Origin: an uncultured Aliarcobacter sp.
GTDB lineage: Bacteria; Campylobacterota; Campylobacteria; Campylobacterales; Arcobacteraceae
Assembly (NCBI GenBank): GCA_963677435.1
Contig: OY781945.1
Location: forward strand, 1,440,001 to 1,504,000
Direction of reading: 5' to 3'
DNA length: 64,000 nt
The notes beneath the pieces were generated by a model. It was given only the letters and a program-made list of their open reading frames with translations. It was not told the DNA's origin and ran no database searches. Within the stretch, counting starts at the first letter, position 1. Each line of letters starts with the position of its first letter. Position numbers and translations under genes: made by a program. Shown here piece by piece: positions 59,817-64,000 of this stretch.

Positions 59817-60425
59817 TTAAATACCATATGCGGCCATAAAAGCTTCAACTGCTCTATCTACCATATCATCCATATCTTGTTTTGAATATTCTACATCAAT
59901 TTGAAAAAGAAATTGATACATTAATTCTGATTCTAAAAGTCCATACAAATGTCTTGCTGCAACAACTGTATCTGTTTGCTTTATTTTTTTTGCTTCCATG
60001 GCTTTTGCTAAATATTTTGAAACTAAATCTCGACTTTTTAATATTCTATTGTTATATGTAATTTTACCTAAATCAGTTATTCCTGATTGGCTTATAGTAA
60101 GTCTTCTTAATTTGATAAGTTTTGGAGAATATAAAAAAGATAGAAATCTTTTTCCAAATTCGCGCAATTGAGCATCAACATTTTCTATCTCTTCTGAACT
60201 ATTTAATACTTCAAATGTAAAATCAAACTCCTGAGAATTTGAAATTGATACAACTTCAAAAAATAGTTCTTCTTTTGAAGAAAAATAGTTATAAAGAGTT
60301 GTTTTAGACCCACCAACTTTTGAACAGATTTTTGACATTGAAGCTCGTTCAAATCCAAACTCTTCAAAGATTTTTGCTGCTGCTTGAATTATTTCTTGTC
60401 TTTTTGCTTCGGTTTTTGTTCTCAT
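59817..60425 (-). CDS. TetR/AcrR family regulator
   Basis: GFERASMSKI..VGGSKTTLYNYFSSKEELF. Confidence 0.93.
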   Translation of the reverse strand: MRTKTEAKRQEIIQAAAKIFEEFGFERASMSKICSKVGGSKTTLYNYFSSKEELFFEVVSISNSQEFDFTFEVLNSSEEIENVDAQLREFGKRFLSFLYSPKLIKLRRLTISQSGITDLGKITYNNRILKSRDLVSKYLAKAMEAKKIKQTDTVVAARHLYGLLESELMYQFLFQIDVEYSKQDMDDMVDRAVEAFMAAYGI

Positions 60426-60492
60426 TAAAGTTTGTCCCCTTTGTATTGTTAAAGCAATATTAACATTAAAATTGATAATATTCCTTTAAATG

Positions 60493-60509
60493 TACTGTAC
60501 TGTACAGTA
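60493..60509. promoter_or_regulatory. Palindromic TetR operator candidate
   Basis: Perfect TACTGTAC-T-GTACAGTA between the divergent tetR and efflux genes. Confidence 0.7.
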
Positions 60510-60530
60510 TTATTTAGAAAAGAGGAATAA

Positions 60531-62024
60531 ATGAATAAAAATATTAAAATTAATTTATTATCTAAGTATTTAATTACAACTGTAAGTTTGACTACTCTAA
60601 GCCTTGGAATAACAGGCTGTGCAATGTTTCCATCAGATGAAGAATTAGTAAAACCAAATACATTATCTCAATATGAAACAAAAAATTCTTTTGAAAATAA
60701 AAGTACTATTTTATGGCCAAAAGAAGATTGGTGGACAATATATGATGATTTGCAACTAAATGAATTGATAAAAGAAGCACTAGCAGATTCACCAAATATT
60801 ATTTCAGCACAAGCAAGATTAAAACAAGCAGATGCCTTTACTCAAGTTAATAAATCATCAAATCTTCCACAAGTAAGTGCAAATGCACAAGTGACTCAAG
60901 AAAAACATAGTTATAACTATATAACTCCTCGTTCAGCTACACCAATAGGTTGGAATGATTATGGACAAGCAACTTTGGATTTTTCTTGGGAATTAGATTT
61001 TTGGGGTAAAAATCGTGCTGCAATAGCTTCAAGTATTTCAAATGTTGAAGCTATGAAAGCTGAACTTGCACAAACAAGATTAACTCTTTCATCTGCAATT
61101 GCAAGTGATTATGCTGAATTAGCACGATTATTTTCTGATAGAGATGAATTAAAAGAGTACTTATTAGTTCAAAATAAACTGTTTGTTTTATTAAATCTTA
61201 GATTTGAAAATGGACTTGAAAATAAAGCAACAGTTGAAGATGCTAAAAGTAGATTAGCAAAAACAGAGGGTGAAATTTTATCTTTAGATGAACAAATTTC
61301 TTTGCAAAAAAATAAAATAGCTGCTTTAATGGGAGCTGGACCCAATAGAGGTCTTAAAATAACTCGTCCAAGTATTAACTTCTATCAAAGTGATTTTGGA
61401 TTGCCAAATGAAATTGCAGTTGATTTATTGGGAAGACGACCAGATATTATTGCTGCTCGTATGCAAGTTGAATCTAAAGAATATCTGATAAAAGAGAAAA
61501 AAGCTGAGTTTTATCCAAATGTAAATCTTTCAGCATTTATTGGATTTCAATCTTTGGGATTAAATCTACTTAATGAAAAAGATTCATATATGGGCTCAGT
61601 TGGACCTGCTATTTCTTTGCCTATTTTTAGTGCAGGAAGATTGCAAGGTGAGTTGCGTTCAAGTGTAAGTAAATATGAAGAAGCAGTTGCTAATTATAAT
61701 GGAGTAATAACTCAAGCGTTAAAAGAAGTGGCAGATGCAGGGACAAGTCAAAAATCAATAGAAAATCAACTTTTGAAAACTCAAGAAGAGCTTAAATCTT
61801 CACAAGAGGCTTATGATATTAAAACAAAACGGTACGAAGGTGGACTTAGTAATTATTTAGATGTTTTATATTCTCAAGAAACTCTAATAGATGTAAAAAG
61901 AAATTTAATAAATCAAAAAAGTAGGGCATTAAGCTTAGATATTGCACTTAAGTATGCACTTGGAGGTGGATATGCCACAAAACTACCTATTATTGAAAAA
62001 GGAAATAATGATGGAAAAAAATAA
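60531..62024 (+). CDS. NodT/TolC-family outer membrane efflux lipoprotein
   Basis: Lipobox ITGC, WWTIYDD.QLN, SWELDFWG, RRPDI, ALGGG. Confidence 0.92.
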   Translation: MNKNIKINLLSKYLITTVSLTTLSLGITGCAMFPSDEELVKPNTLSQYETKNSFENKSTILWPKEDWWTIYDDLQLNELIKEALADSPNIISAQARLKQADAFTQVNKSSNLPQVSANAQVTQEKHSYNYITPRSATPIGWNDYGQATLDFSWELDFWGKNRAAIASSISNVEAMKAELAQTRLTLSSAIASDYAELARLFSDRDELKEYLLVQNKLFVLLNLRFENGLENKATVEDAKSRLAKTEGEILSLDEQISLQKNKIAALMGAGPNRGLKITRPSINFYQSDFGLPNEIAVDLLGRRPDIIAARMQVESKEYLIKEKKAEFYPNVNLSAFIGFQSLGLNLLNEKDSYMGSVGPAISLPIFSAGRLQGELRSSVSKYEEAVANYNGVITQALKEVADAGTSQKSIENQLLKTQEELKSSQEAYDIKTKRYEGGLSNYLDVLYSQETLIDVKRNLINQKSRALSLDIALKYALGGGYATKLPIIEKGNNDGKK

Positions 62025-63135
62025 TAAAACAAATGAAACAAACAAAAGTAAACGAAAAAAAGTACTTTCAATTTTCTTTGTATTAATAATTATTGTGGGA
62101 GCATCTTTTAGTGCATATTGGTATTTATATGCTTCTCATTTTGTATCAACTGATAATGCCTATACAGATGTTGAAATAGCACAAGTAACTCCATCTATTG
62201 GTGGAACAATTAGTGAAGTTTTAGTAAAAGATACTCAAGTTGTAAAAAAAGGCGATATTTTAGTAAAAATTGACCAAACAGATACTTCTTTAGCATTAGA
62301 AGAAGCAAAAGCAAATTTAAGTTTAGCAATTCGTAGAGTAAAAGGTTATGTGGCTAATAATAATGGTTTAAATGCACTTATTGTTGCACGAGAAGCAGAT
62401 GAAGTTAAAATGAATGCAAAATTAAGTTCTGCAAAAGCTGATTTTGAAAAAGCTAAAATTGATTTAAAAAGACGAGAAGCTTTAATTTCAGCAGGTGCTA
62501 TTTCAGCAGAAGAATTAACTCAGGCAAAAAATGCCTATGAAAATGCAAAAGCAAGTTTAGATTCAACAATTGCAGAAGTAAACCAATCAAAAGCAAATAT
62601 CAATTCAGCAATTGGTTCAAGAAATGAAAATGCCACAAAAATTGATGATGTAAGTGTAGAAGAAAATCCGGAAGTTCTTTTAGCTCAAGCTAAACTAGAC
62701 AAAGCAATGGTAGATTTTAATCGTACTATTATAAAAGCCCCAATAGATGGAATAATTGCTAAAAGACAAGTTGAATTAGGTCAAAGAGTTCAAGAGGGAA
62801 CACCATTATTATCAATTGTACCGACACATAATATTTATGTAAATGCAAACTTCAAAGAGGGACAATTAAAAAATGTAAAAATTGGACAAGAAGCTGAGGT
62901 TCATGCGGATATTTATGGTAACTCTGTTACTTACCATGGAGTTGTAAAAGGTTTTTCTGGTGGAACAGGTGCAGCATTTTCATTAATTCCTGCACAAAAT
63001 GCTACAGGAAATTGGATAAAAGTTGTTCAAAGAGTGCCAGTTCGTATCGAACTACTTCCTGAAGAGTTAAAAGCTCACCCTTTAAAAGTAGGTCTTTCAA
63101 TGGATGTAGAAATAGATACTTTTACTCAAAAATAA
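62008..63135 (+). CDS. emrA: EmrA-family membrane fusion protein
   Basis: STDNAY, APIDG, ANFKEGQL, PAQNATGNWIKVVQRVPV. RBS precedes the ATG at 62008/62011. Confidence 0.9.
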   Translation: MMEKNNKTNETNKSKRKKVLSIFFVLIIIVGASFSAYWYLYASHFVSTDNAYTDVEIAQVTPSIGGTISEVLVKDTQVVKKGDILVKIDQTDTSLALEEAKANLSLAIRRVKGYVANNNGLNALIVAREADEVKMNAKLSSAKADFEKAKIDLKRREALISAGAISAEELTQAKNAYENAKASLDSTIAEVNQSKANINSAIGSRNENATKIDDVSVEENPEVLLAQAKLDKAMVDFNRTIIKAPIDGIIAKRQVELGQRVQEGTPLLSIVPTHNIYVNANFKEGQLKNVKIGQEAEVHADIYGNSVTYHGVVKGFSGGTGAAFSLIPAQNATGNWIKVVQRVPVRIELLPEELKAHPLKVGLSMDVEIDTFTQK

Positions 63136-63149
63136 AATGAGAATTTATT

Positions 63150-64000
63150 ATGAAAAAAGATGAAACTTCATCTACAAAAGTAGAAGGAGCATTTAACTTA
63201 TCTCCTACAATGTTTTGGGTTGCAGCTCTTATGCTTACAACTGCAAATTTTATTGCAGTTTTAAATATGACTATTGCAAATGTATCAGTTCCTCATATTG
63301 CAGGGAATCTTGGTGCTACGGCATCCCAAGGTACTTGGGTAATCACAGCTTATGCAATTGGTGAAGCTATAACTGTGCCACTTACAGGTTGGTTTGCAGC
63401 TAGGTTTGGGGCAGTTAAAGTATTTGTGGTATCCATGATTATGTTTGGAGTTTTCTCAATAATTTGTGGACTTGCAAATTCTTTAGGTTTACTGGTTATT
63501 GCTAGAATATTTCAAGGCTTTTCTGGTGGGCCTTTGATGCCACTTTCTCAGACTTTACTTTTGCGACTTTTCCCAAAAGAAAAAGCAGGAGTTGCTATTG
63601 GAATGTGGTCTATGACTACACTTGTAGCTCCTGTTCTTGGACCAATTGTTGGAGGATATGTTTGTGATGAGTATTCTTGGCCTTGGGTATTTTTCTTAAA
63701 TTCTCCAATTGTTATTATTTGTGGATTTTTTGCATGGCAAATATTAAAAGATTTTGTTGAACCTTTAATTAAAAAACCAATTGATGTGACGGGTTTAACT
63801 TTATTGATTGTTTGGATTGTATGTTTACAATTAGTATTAGATGAAGGAAAAGACCTTGATTGGTTTAGTTCATCTAAAATCATAATATTATCAATAATCT
63901 CATTTGTTTGTTTTGTCTCTTTTATAATTTGGGAATTTTATGAAGAACATCCAATTGTTGATTTAAAAGTTTTTCGTCATAGAGGTTTTACCATAAGTGT
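63150..64000 (+). CDS. emrB: EmrB/DHA2 MFS efflux permease (runs off the window)
   Basis: Hand translation gives TIANVSVPHIAGNLG, QGTWVITAY, RIFQGFSGGPLMPLSQ, APVLGPIVGG, WPWVFFLN. Confidence 0.9.
   Translation, partial: MKKDETSSTKVEGAFNLSPTMFWVAALMLTTANFIAVLNMTIANVSVPHIAGNLGATASQGTWVITAYAIGEAITVPLTGWFAARFGAVKVFVVSMIMFGVFSIICGLANSLGLLVIARIFQGFSGGPLMPLSQTLLLRLFPKEKAGVAIGMWSMTTLVAPVLGPIVGGYVCDEYSWPWVFFLNSPIVIICGFFAWQILKDFVEPLIKKPIDVTGLTLLIVWIVCLQLVLDEGKDLDWFSSSKIIILSIISFVCFVSFIIWEFYEEHPIVDLKVFRHRGFTIS

Noticed and set aside
60430..60443. Minus-strand AAAGGGGACA upstream of tetR as another repeat copy
   Set aside because: It sits at the tetR ribosome-binding position and lacks the GNCACC half.
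890..63883. Short antisense or nested ORFs in the track (e.g. 890-1078, 3810-4235, 8590-8952, 37408-37722, 42910-43170, 54832-55152, 63548-63883)
   Set aside because: They lie within well-supported genes and carry no recognisable motifs; treated as shadow ORFs.

Overview
Very AT-rich bacterial chromosome segment, most likely Campylobacterota, family Arcobacteraceae (inferred from gene content and protein style). (1) 1-19081: the end of a surface polysaccharide locus, with nonulosonic-acid genes, Wzx, two sulfotransferases, a perosamine-synthase-like aminotransferase, a methyltransferase, an inverted O-acyltransferase, a 2OG-Fe(II) oxygenase, glycosyltransferases, a Wzy-WbbK-like fusion and an initiating sugar transferase. 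(2) 19256-23052: tsdA followed by a Cache protein and a two-component pair. (3) 23007-28930: a lipoprotein, a GGDEF protein, YqeY, Uup, a GDSL hydrolase and a hypothetical protein. (4) 28941-35997: a tight four-gene minus-strand operon encoding an MBL-GAF-HD-GYP phosphodiesterase, a CHASE2 adenylate cyclase, a TPR/Slam-like outer-membrane barrel and a FecR/TbpB-barrel protein. This is the best candidate here for an undescribed trans-envelope signalling system. (5) 36031-43813: core genes (CDF, aspartate aminotransferase, M48, DciA-like, a small lipoprotein missing from the ORF track, nadB, nhaD, guaA). (6) 43812-64000: an accessory-looking region after guaA, with palindromic repeats, mazEF, selO, an SBP-kinase pair, RNA-processing genes, orphan genes separated by ATAAAGGGGACAG-type direct repeats, and a TetR-OMF-EmrAB efflux locus. 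No rRNA, tRNA, CRISPR array, integrase or transposase was recognised. All calls come from reading motifs by eye; no searches were run.
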